Origin: Nageia nagi
Lineage: Eukaryota > Plantae > Pinophyta
NCBI GenBank assembly: GCA_050084985.1
Contig: JBITNC010000002.1
Location: 5,890,001 to 5,954,000, forward strand
Direction of reading: 5' to 3'
DNA: 64,000 nt
Shown: one piece after another, positions 1 through 11,391 of the stretch
Position numbering within the stretch: position 1 is the stretch's first letter
Layout: each line of letters starts with the position of its first letter
Translations under genes and position numbers: made by a program
Notes under the pieces: generated by a model
Told to the model about the DNA's origin: nothing
What the model saw: only the letters and a program-made list of their open reading frames with translations
The model's database searches: none

Positions 1-329
1 TTATATAAATGCTACAACTGTGTTAGATTACATAGTGAATAAGTATGACTACTCCTTCTTCAGTCTTGTAGCTGATTGAAGATAGCATTGTAGCTGATTG
101 AGTAATTATTTGATTGTATATTGATTGGTATGATTTGGTATTATGCTCTATCAACTGCTATCTACTTCTCTGTAATCTTTATGATCTCTACTGTAGATGT
201 CAGTAATCAGAGTAATGATGGTTGATAGGCATTATGTTTACTTCAAAAAGAATTACCAATGTTATATAAAAATGAGTTGATGTCGATACATTAATAGGGA
301 CCTAAGGGTCAAACACTTAAGATGAAGTG

Positions 330-3240
330 GACCCAGGTGTTCTTCTTACGCATTACTCTTACTCTTGCTTAGCAGGCTCTATGTTCTTCTTTCGAGCTCT
401 GTTAATGATCTAGTTCTGCCGAAACCCATTGATTTTCTCTAAAAAATATGATGTCCTCTCCCAAAGTTATCAGGCTCTATTGATGTTCTTCAAAAGTCTG
501 CACCCGCCATTGCTTGCTCTGGGAGCTGTTGATTTTGATCAAAAATTGTAACATCATCTCCCAAAATCATCGAGCTTTATTGATGTTCTAATTCTACCGG
601 GACCAGCTTCTTTTTACCAAAAATTATGATATCATCTTTCAAAATCCCTGAGCTCTATTGATGTTTTTCAAAAATCTAACTCTAAATTTGTACAAGTTTC
701 AGACACTTGTGCCAACAATTCCTAGAGACTCTAAGGCAATAAAAATAATTCCAAGATACTTTTATATACATGACTCTTAGGTATCCTGAAGAAGATGACA
801 TGACTCCCAGGTACTCTCACCTCCTGGCACTAAAGAATAAAAGAATGAAGGATTAACATAATTCTTGAGTATCCTTATTCACACAATTCTTGGGTACTAA
901 AAAAAATATGACTCCTGAAACCCTAAGGAAAAGAAGTGAGAAGAGGAGGGATTAAGAATGAAAGAATACAAAATTTTTCAACTCATGAAGACTTTAAAAG
1001 AATACTGTCCCCTTGTGCACTCTTATATACATAACTCTTGGGCATTAAAGAATAAAATAATGAAGAATAAAAAATAATAAAATTACTCTAATTTTTAAGT
1101 GTTATTCTGAAGGAATACAACAAGATTGAAGCAAATTTTGAATAATGGTGAACCTTCTTAAAAATTTAGACCCTAGGTAGATTTTCTTGAGCCTATCCCA
1201 AGCGTCTTTTGCAAAGGTTGATGAAGAGATAATGAGAAGTACTTCATTTGATATTGCATAAAAAATCATAGAGTTTTTCAACTTATTCTTTGTGTTGTAA
1301 GCCTCAAGTGCCTTCTCATTTGTAGGAACAACTAAGTTTTTATTAACTTTCTACCATAACTTTCTTATGTGCAATTCAACTTTCATTTAAGGTTCCCAAA
1401 TACCATAGTTGGAACCATCGAAAATGTGCTTGGATAAGGTGTCTTCCATCTGCTACATAAGAAGGTGAAAGTGTTAACTAATGTAAACATGTCAAATTAA
1501 TTAACTATACATGTTGAGATTTGTTCAAATTAATCAACCATACATGATAAAATTTGATAAAAAAAAAGTCATGCTTAACTTGTTTAACAAATTTGATATG
1601 TGTAAAACTTTACCATAATATATTCCATACATCCAATATTTTGTCATAAGCAAGTACCATAGTTTTAGAGAGGGATAAATTCAAGGCTTGTTTTCTTATT
1701 TAAAATTAGGCCTTCACCTGGATGCTCGCAAGACGGAGCCTAGATCCTACCAATCCTCAAGTAATTTACCTTAGTCAATAATATACTCTCAGAAGGAGGA
1801 GTACTAACTATTTTTCAAGGTTGTGACATATGTTGGATAGGCCAAATTGTTATATTGATTATGTTTCAAATTATCCTCCTAAGTTATTAGGATAATCTTT
1901 GAATGAACGTGCGAACATGTGGTACCACTACACACATGTTTGTCCATCTATATAGAGTTATGTCCAAACCAATAGAGGACTTAAGGGTAATTAAAAAGTA
2001 TGAACTTTTTACCATTTGGATCATCAGATTGAAAGCTCTAGTCTACCTTATCTTCACCTCATGGCTCCCTAAACAAATCATGTTGCAAAATATACATGCA
2101 AATGTGTTCATTTTAGAAGGTGCACTTTCAATGTTTACGATTTTTGCAAAAGTAAAGTGAAGTGCATAACATAAAGTAAAATGCATAAAAAATGATACAT
2201 CATCCAACAACAATTGAAGCCTAAGAGTCTAATGGGTTTTGTTACTAACCCCAAAAGGATCTCTTTACATAAATTCCATAATTTTGCATAAGTTCACTAT
2301 TTTTAAGTAAAATAAGTATAAACCCCCTATTTACTTTAAAAATTTGATCTTAAGCAAGATGTTCCCTTCAATAAATATTTAGGTAAAAAATAACATTGCA
2401 AGTTTACCTTAGGAAAACAAATTAACTTTTATCACTAAGGAAAAAATATCATGTTTATAACATAAGCATTAAAAACATGACCACATTTTACCTAAGTAAG
2501 CAATTATTAGTGGTACTTAAAAAATTGCAAAAATAAAATTTCTTTTGGAAAAATGATAATAATATCTTCCACTTTTAACACAAAAAAAATTGCCATATCC
2601 AAGAAACATTCATCCTCCCGTTTTCAATTTGATCTTAGAGAGTCTAAAAATGCCATTCCCTTGCAATTAGCATTAAAAAACTTTTAATTCTCTATAGATT
2701 TTTTTTTTTTAATTTCTTACACTTACAAAATATTTTTCAAAAATGATCATAACTCTACATTTAATGATCATAATTGTAGGCATTTAAAAAATAAATCCTA
2801 GTTTTTAAAAAAAAAATCCATACATAAAGAATATTCTACCTTTAAAAAACAATCCCTCAAAACTTAATAATTTATCCAAAAAAAATAACCCTTCCCCTTA
2901 TTGTTAGTCTTTCTATGCTCATAAATATAAGCCCATACTTACCTTTTACAACAAGATAAAATGATGAGGCAAATTAAATTCACTACTTACTAAAGAAGGA
3001 AAAAAAATATTTTTTTATTTAGTACATTTATGATGGAAGGAGGGTATGAACACCCATTAAATGAATGGTGTATGGACATCCCCAAAAAATAAAAAAAGTA
3101 CCAAAATTAATTTCATTAAAAAAATGAGAAGGTGGGGTTAAAAATAATATAAAAAAATCATAAACTTGGCAAGGCGGGCCAACCAGGGGTTGGTCGTTGC
3201 GTGGGTCGGCCAGGGGTTGGATGTCGCGCAAGCTGTCCAA
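330..3240 (-). mobile_element. Truncated, internally deleted Ty1/copia relative of the 8193-16558 element (leader, gag N-terminus, repeat-rich spacer)
   Basis: Reverse complement of ~1110-1449 matches gag at 11392-11720. ~1680-2250 matches the leader at ~10540-11110 (ccttcacctggatgc vs gcatccaggtgaagg). No LTR found; boundaries approximate. Confidence 0.75.
395..680. repeat. Degenerate ~80-100 bp tandem repeat, 3-4 copies
   Basis: Recurrent gctctattgatgtt...aaaaat(t)atgat..catctcccaaaa. Confidence 0.6.
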
Positions 3241-3249
3241 AGGTTATCA

Positions 3250-4760
3250 ATCAGACAACAGAGAAGAATAAGATATAAAGTGTTATTCTTAATTTTTAAA
3301 TTATGAAGGATAAATTATTTTTATATTTGCTCAATTCTATTATAAGTTTATTAAGAAATTATTCCACCCTATACTTCTTAACTGTAGAGTATTGGTGAGT
3401 TTATAAGGAAAGAGAAAAGAGTTCTCTTTTTATCTCAATTCCAAAGTTCTTTCATTTTATACTTATTTTTCAAACAATAGAAGGTTTTCCATCTCGTAGA
3501 GATTCATTTTTCAACACTTAAATTCTAATTTAGTTTATGAGTTATATTGATACCGAAATATTTGTAAGAGTGAAGCATCTCTAAGGGTTTATTATTAAAG
3601 AGGATTATGGGGTGATCCATCTTTTTAGATTTAGTAACCATAATTTTGGTTTTATATACATTAAATGTTTAAACTAGATATAGTATAAAAATATTTGAAG
3701 AATATTTCATTGTTTTACAGGATCAACATAATGTCTAGCTAACAAGATAATATCATTTGCATAAAGTAGAAGAACAATCACAAGGTTATAGAGGTAAGTT
3801 ATTATGTACCTTACTTCTTCAAAATATTTTTCTAATTGATATGTGTGAATAGCAAAGTTGGGGATAATAGCCAACTTTGTTTAACTCCAATATGGTAACT
3901 AATTTTTCTCGTACCACCCTTAATTAGTTTTCATATTAGCAATAACTTTCTCATAAAGACTATAAATAGCCAATCTTAGTTTAGGATGTAAATCTAAATT
4001 ATCCATACATTTTAAAATTTTATCCTTGGGAATAATATCAAATGCTTTTTCAAAATCTAAAAAGCAAGCAAACAAATTTTCTTTATGATGTCAGTAGTTT
4101 TCAACAATCATTTGAAAAATGAAGATATGATCAATTGTTGAATGTTTACTTCTATAATAGTCTTGGCCTTTAACTCTTAAATTATTATCATCAAGCCAAT
4201 AACTAATTTTATTTTCTATAATACTACCATAGAATTTGGAAAGTAAAGGACTCGTCATAATAGTTCTAAAATTCGACACATTGGTTTTATCTCCAGTTTT
4301 GTAAATAGGAACGATAGAACTTATAGTCCATTGCTTAGAGAATCCTTATTTATGGGAAATGTTAAAAAGGGTTTGGATATCAACAGTGAGGATAGAGCTA
4401 CCAATTAAAAAAAAAATCTATTGATATTCTTCTATATATTTATCCTTCCCTTTTAATAATATTGTAATTCCATCCTAAATATTGTTTATAGAGAAAACAT
4501 TATTTTGAGTAAAAGGAGGTGTTAAACCTTGTAAAGAGTCTTTCATATTTAAAGGGGAAATATAAGGTTTTTTGAGATAATAGTTGCAACTATTTAAGTC
4601 AATTTAAAGTTCAACTATCATTTTTCTAAGTAAGATTATTTTCCAAAATTATTTTGGATTATGTTTATATGGATCCAAAAGTTTTTCTTTTTATTGATTT
4701 TAAAATACTTCTTTCTTATATTTAACTAAGATTTGATATTTTATATTGTTTATCAATATC
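3250..4760 (-). mobile_element. Degenerate RTE-clade LINE, reverse transcriptase region
   Basis: Minus-strand motifs NFRTIMTSPLLSKFYG...HSTIDHIF (ORF 4091..4279), CFLDFEKAFDIIP (~4030-4066), LLLYANDIILL (~3740-3773) and LEMLHSYKYFGI (~3550-3585). Confidence 0.85.
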
Positions 4761-4770
4761 ATTATATTCC

Positions 4771-5047
4771 ATGATGAAGATAATAACACCTCCACCAACA
4801 TGCCTTAAGAAACAACCTAAAATAGCCTATAGCTTGCACACATCAAGCCCAAATATTGGACTTAGAATAAAATGATTCTTGATTGTAGGTGCATGGAAGG
4901 GATACTTGCACAATGACATTAATAGCTTTTTTAGATATTCCTTGATGATGACAATAATGCCTTCACCACCAAGCCTAAGATACATAGACACAACCTAAAA
5001 TTACCCTATTAGTTGCATATATTAAGCCCCAATAATGGACTTGGACT
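4771..5047. repeat. Diverged ~100 bp direct repeat pair (~4771-4867, ~4945-5047)
   Basis: atgatga..ataat..cct.cacca..a..gcctaaga...acaacctaaaat...aagccc..ata.tggactt in both copies. Confidence 0.65.
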
Positions 5048-5726
5048 CATTATAAACTTCCTCACTCTCAACCTCTCCTTAGTTGTAACTTCCTTAGCTC
5101 TCATGATCTTATCGGGTCCCCTTTGATCTCTACTTGTAGTTCTCAATTACTTCCTAAGCTCTCATACCTTGTTATTGCATCCTCTATTTGTTCTCAAATC
5201 CCATATCTTTCATAGCACTAAGTGTAGCATTTGATACCTTAAATCATTTTGAAACATTTAAAGTTGTCAATAATATGGGATTCAAGAACATATGGAGATT
5301 CATTATATTTTGATTTTTGGCATTTAATATCTTCTATTGTAACCTTAATTAAGATTAAAATTTTACATTAGATTTTGTTAAATAGGATTTACTACAAGAG
5401 GAATAGGAAGAGAAAATATTTTAGACTTTTCTGTACAATTTTATTTTTGGTATATGATAAAGGATTTGATTTTTGTAAGAACAATGTCGAATCGGGTTTA
5501 AAAAGTATTTATTTTGCATATATCTTAGCTTATTTCATGCATATGTATTTTGGGTTTGAATGGAACTTGTTAAAGATTTAGCTGCAACTAAATAGCTCTT
5601 CATTATGTATCCCTCCAAGTGGTGCATCTTGGGTGGCAATGATTGAATCTTCTAAAATTGAAAGTTATATGCTTATTTTAATTGTGTTTTGAGCACCCCA
5701 AATTATATAAGAAATAATCATTCAAA

Positions 5727-5729
<3 letters not shown>

Positions 5730-5771
<42 letters not shown>
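5730..5771. repeat. (TA)n microsatellite, ~21 units
   Basis: Directly visible. Confidence 0.95.
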
Positions 5772-5772
<1 letters not shown>

Positions 5773-5789
5773 TTTTGGTCAATCTTTGT

Positions 5790-6130
5790 TAGGTCCCACA
5801 AACTAATGAGTTTAAAAGTTTATTAGAGGACATCTATTTATATCATTTCGAGAAATCTTAATAATTTTCCTAACAACTTTACAATCCATTTCATACCAAG
5901 TATTTATTTCTCTATTAATATAGGTGATAAATTTTTGACAAATGTTTGTTGATGAAAGTAAATAATTTTAAGGTGAAATTGTTATAAAAAATGGTTATTG
6001 AGATTAGAGTTTTAAAAGACAAGTTGAAAGCTTCTTGTAGATCCTTTTTAAAAACATTGAGTTCAATATGTTTGAAAACAATGTTTATAGTTCTAATATT
6101 TTTGTAATTTAGATTGTTTGTATGTGTTAA
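5790..6130 (-). mobile_element. RTE LINE fragment (endonuclease-RT linker), probably continuing 3250-4760
   Basis: Minus strand WYEMDCKVVRK (~5865-5900) resembles the RTE WYDxECKxxRK motif. Confidence 0.5.
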
Positions 6131-6249
6131 ATATATTTAAATGTAAAAAAAAAAATGTTAGGTATATCTAAAATGTACCTTTGCAATCTCTTCACTAGAG
6201 CATGTACAAAACTTCCTCCTTTCCTTTCTATGAGCAAAGTTGTAACTAC

Positions 6250-6700
6250 CATTCTAGGTGAATATAGAGACTCTTCCAAGGTTATGGTGTTGGCTAGCGA
6301 TAATTGTACAAGTGTATATGATTTTGATAGTGATAGATATGATCACATTAACATGGAAGTTTTGTATTCTTACATCAAATACTATAAGATTGCAAAGTGG
6401 CATCCCAAGCTTTTATCACTGGAAGATAAAGGAAACTATATTTGTAAAAGATTTTTTTGGTTGTTCCAATTTATGATAGACCTTCTAGTTGTGGTGTTAT
6501 GGTTTACAACATGAAGGAATTAGATTTCCCAACTTGGATGCCTTTTTCTGGTCCAAAATTTAATGAAAACTATGCCAAGTTGGTTATTTACAGTTGTAGA
6601 GTTTAAGGGGTATTTCTTCTCTTCCGAAAAAGATATGTGAATATAATTATGATGGAACTTGATAACCATTCTCATCCAAACCCATTTTTTAAGGAAGTTA
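6250..6700 (+). mobile_element. Highly decayed RTE LINE C-terminal RT fragment
   Basis: SSKVMVL...MEVLYSYIKY resembles KTKVMVF...EVVDSYKYLG; weak. Confidence 0.4.
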
Positions 6701-7347
6701 TGAAAATGCCCAAAACAATTGTAAAAGAATGTGATGTTTACACTTATATGTAGTGTGTGGGAGTGGAAAGCTACATATGCTTTGAAAAAGGAGGCAGTGT
6801 TGAGGTGCTTATAGATAGATAGATAATTATCTTTTTAACATCCTTTAAAACCCATTGATTTGTAGGATCTATCAAAACTTGTCCAAAAGTAAATATGTAT
6901 CAATCAAGTATTTGAATGATTATTTTTCATATAAAGAAAAAGATTGAATAATTTACAAATATTTCAAGAAAAATAAGAATACTACCAAGGACAATTAATC
7001 ACAATCACTCACACCCACCCAATAAAAAATAAATCACTAAAACCAAATTCTAGAACCAAATCAAGCACAATATGATGATTTTTAATAAAACCTTCAAACA
7101 GTAACTTATCACCTCTTGGCAAGGGAGTTAGGAGATGGTGTGAAGGCATAGAAATTGAATGTCTCATGTTCTACTCCTACCCACTTCATTAGTGATATTT
7201 AAAAACTCTTAATAGATCCTACAAACTAATAGGTTTAAAAAACATTAAAGGTTAGTTTCACCTTTATTAATATTTGAAAGAAAATATTATAAAAAATTAA
7301 ACAACTAATAATAAAACAAATAAATTGCAAAATATGAAGTAGGGTAT

Positions 7348-7575
7348 CTGTTATCGGCTTGGTAGCAAGGAATCTTCTAGCATGGAATTTGTTATTGGTC
7401 TGATAGCAAGGAATCCTACATTGAGGAATTTGCTATCAACTCGAAAGCAAGGAATCTATTATCAGCCTAGAACTAAGGAATCTTGTAACAAAAAAATTGT
7501 TATCAACTTGAAAGGGATAAATCCCAAAACAAGGAATCTATTATCGACTCGATAATAGGGAATCTTGTAATAATG
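7348..7575. repeat. Degenerate ~25-41 bp minisatellite (tgttatcggcttggtagcaaggaatc-like units)
   Basis: About six aaggaatc/gggaatc cores, most preceded by ttatc. Confidence 0.75.
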
Positions 7576-8192
7576 AAGGAAGAGTTGGGCTTTTCTATAT
7601 ATGGGAAGTGGGTGATTCTGATCGATGCATTAGTAATTTTATGTCAACCACCTAGTATTGGTTCATGCTTGGTCTTGTATCGCTTACCTCCCTCCCACTT
7701 AAACCCTACACTCAACCTATGGCTTGTAAAGGAAAGGAAACATTCAAGGTGAAGTTCCACCATCTAAGTCTAAACAAGTGGAATTCACTTCCACCATGTC
7801 CCTTGAAGAGATCTTACATGAATTTTATCCATAGATGTACAATCGTGCTTATGATTCAACATGTTTAATAGTTTTTTAGCCTTCCTTAATATCATACCAG
7901 TAATTTCGTGTGCCCTTCAATTTGCTTGGTTTGGAAATTTGTGGAGTATGAGGATAAACATTTCTTCATGCTCAAGAATAGATAGCTTGTTTTATCAAGA
8001 TTGTAGGTGTTATTTAAATTTGAATGATCTTAATCTATATTCATATTTTGTTGGGATTTATTTTTTAAGTCCTCTCTTTTTAAGATAGAAGAGAGAACAT
8101 AGAATAACCACAAGCTTGATGATTTTATTATACAACTTAATCATATGATATGATAATTCTTTTTCTATCCTTTTAAACCCAAAGGTTTGTAG

Positions 8193-8691
8193 TGTTGGAA
8201 TGTATAATGCATTATTGTAAAGGTTTGTATTAATCCTCTTTGTAAATTCACTAATACTTAAGGGTATCATTAGATACCTTAAGTATTTAAGTGAATATGA
8301 TAATGTACTTGTCCTACACTCCATATCATGAGCATGTCCCTTAGGTAAAAGGATGTGCATGTCATGCTTTTGTACATTGGATAAAAGGGTGATCCAAAGA
8401 GGGATTTTGGCCTATAAATAGAAGGCTCCCTCTTTGTGATCATACACCAACTTGTGGAGAAAAGTTATGCTAGAGGATAGTGTTTAGGAGTTAAGATTAG
8501 GAGAATTGTAAGAGAGTTATCTTTGTGAATGAAGTAAGATCTTGTTAGTGGATGTACTCCTAGTTGGAGGAACCACTTTATTTCTTGAGTCATTTTGTGA
8601 GATTATCTATGCTTGAGTTCTTGATGTTAGAGTGAGCATACATGTGATCTTGGTAGTTTAAGATTATATTCTTTATAGTTAAATCCCTTCA
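8193..8691 (+). repeat. 5' LTR of the copia element
   Basis: TGTTGGAA...CCCTTCA, TATA-like cctataaatag, followed by the PBS; roughly 93% identical to the 3' LTR by eye. Confidence 0.95.
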
Positions 8692-11391
8692 TTTGGTATT
8701 AGATTAGTTTATGCTAACCTCCTATGTTACTTGTAATTTTTTTTAAATTTTTACAATTTTTTAAGAGGAGTTATTATACAAAATTTATGTAATATCACTT
8801 TGTAAAATTACAAAATATTTTTAAAAATTAAGAAATATGATGAATTTTTTTTTGAATACTAACCATTTTTTTAGGGTACATTTTTTAATGTTTTTACCAT
8901 ATTGTTACTTTTTACTAAAAAAAGAGGGTTAGTGTACAATTTGCAATATTGTTTTTAGCTATTTGAAATAAAAGAAGTTATTTTTCAAAAACTTGATAGT
9001 GGGAAATAGTTTATATTTACATATAATATCCTTTTTTTTCTTTTTTAAAATTTAGTATTTTCATAAAAAAATTCATTGCTGAGAGAAAATTTAAATGAAT
9101 ATTTCAAAATCACGATTTTTTATTTAGGGGAAGGTCGACCAGCTCCTGGTCGACCAAACCCCACTCTTATATTCCTTCCTAGCGAAGGATTGGTGATGGC
9201 TTGGCATAATCTTGGAGACAAATTTTTAATCTGGTGCCTTACCAATATGCACCTTCATCTGGAGCCTGTGCCTTCATCTCTTCTTTCCTGCACTCGACTC
9301 CTTCACATGGAGCCCCCCTTGCATAAGGCTTTCAAAGGATTAATGGGAATGGGAGGTGTTTATCTTTTGGCACGTCCATGAGGTTGGGAAGGGCTCTCTC
9401 CCATCTTAGTGGAGTGACAAGGTTGGTTGCATCATTTCCAAACCCCTTGTGACCCTTTCACCTATTATCTTCCTCATGCAACTTCCTGTTGCTCTCAATT
9501 TTGTGGTCCTTTCCTCCTCACATCTTCTCATCTCCTTTTAGCCCTCACCTAGCCTCCTCTCTCTCAATGTGGTTCCTTAGTGGGTTGTTTCCTCCTACGT
9601 ATGACCCCCTTTCACCTCACGTGGCTCTCTCTTCTCCATTTTTTTCTTCTTCTACGTAGCTCTGCCCCTTTTTTAAATAAAAACTCTATCTCCTAAAAGT
9701 TTCTAAACCCATTATTATTTCTTGGTGGGTGTCCATACGCCTTTATTAAATGTTCTTTTTGGAGTTGTTCTCATAATTAGTTTTTTATCCTCTTTCATGA
9801 AACTAACTTGGAGTATTTAACAAATCTTCCTTGGAGTGCTTAAACAAAATTTGCATTAATAGCTTATGCATTGTCATTCATTTAATGAATCTGCCATGGA
9901 GTGTAAAAGTGCATTTTTTTATCAGTTGGAGTAAACTCTAAGTTCAAATTTGATGCTTCATTATTTTTTTTAGTCAAAAAATTGTGATTTTAGGTTTACA
10001 TTTATGAACTTAGGTGGAAATAAATATTTTTGAAGCTAATTTTTTAAGAGGCAAATTTTTACTTAGTTAATTTTTTAATGCATAGATTTAAAATTTTATT
10101 TTGGACAAAAAAATTTAAGCATTTTTAGTGCTTATAAATTTGGTAATTTTTTTTAAACTTGGCACTCAAATTAAAGAGTGCAATAGTGGTAATTTAGTAT
10201 ACTATACTAAGCACTTGTTGAAGGGATCTTTTTTTTAAAGTAAAAAGGGGGAAATATTTATGAGTTTCTTTACTTAAATTTTTTATCCTTTATGCTTAGA
10301 ATGCATGTTTATCATTTAGGATTTATTTTTTTTGCCTCTTAAATGTTTACCTTAAATTCTTTATGAATGGACTAGTTCTTATGAGGGAATAATGCATGGA
10401 ATATTGGATGTCTATCTACTTATGCAAATGATAAAAATGGATGAATGTTTATTACTTTTCTAAGTAATTATACCTTATGCAAATTAAATGAACTTGTGCA
10501 AAGTATGGACCTATGTACAGATGTCCTCTAGGGGTTAGTAAATAGAACTCATTGGACTCTTAGGTTCCAAGTTATGAATGGATGTTTAATTTATGCTCTT
10601 TTACTTCATGTTTCGTATTTTGATTTATTTGTTTATGCAAATAAAAATGTAAACATTGAAATGAGCAACCACCTAAAATGAACACATCCATATGTACATT
10701 CTGCAACACGACTTGTTTAAGGAGCCATGAGGTGAGGACAGGCGAACTGGAGCCTTTAAGTATGACTATCTAAATAATAAAAAGTTCATACTTCTCAATT
10801 GCCCTTAAGTCCTTTATTGGTCTAGATATAACTCCAATAGGTGGACAGGCATGTGTGTAATGATACCACATGTTCACACATCCATTAAGGGATTATCTTG
10901 ATAACCTAGGAGGAAAACTTGAAACCTAATCAAGATTAATAATTTGATTGATCCAATATACATCATAACCTTGAATAATAGTAGGTACTTCTCCTTATGA
11001 GAGTATAATACTAGCCAAGGTGAACTAGTTGAGGATTGGTAGTACTTGGGCTCCTCTTGTGTGGGCATCCAGGTGAAGGCCTAATTTTTAGATTAAAAAA
11101 TAAGCCTCAATAATGTCACTCTACATCAATGGTGCTTGAGATGAGAAATGTATTTGGGTACAAGGATTATTATTTGAGTTGTGAAACATTTGCACTTGTG
11201 AAACAAATGAAGTATGTGTCTAGTGTTAAATTTAATATTATTTGAGTTGTGAAACATTTACACTTGCGAATCAAATCAAGCATGTATCTAGTGTTAAATT
11301 TAACATGTATTATTTACTTGGTTAAAACTTAACATAAAATGTTGTTTATTGAACTAAATGCTTATTACCTTTTCACATCCTTTTGTAGCAA

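Noticed and set aside
2000-2035. Possible hammerhead ribozyme core (minus strand CTGATGA-TCCAAATGGT-AAAA) in the copia leader
   Set aside because: No GAAA, no proper stem II closing pair, and the homologous copy (~10770-10790) lacks CTGANGA.
7348-7575. CRISPR-like repeat-spacer appearance
   Set aside because: Units are degenerate, the spacers are themselves related, there are no cas genes and the context is eukaryotic. It is a minisatellite.
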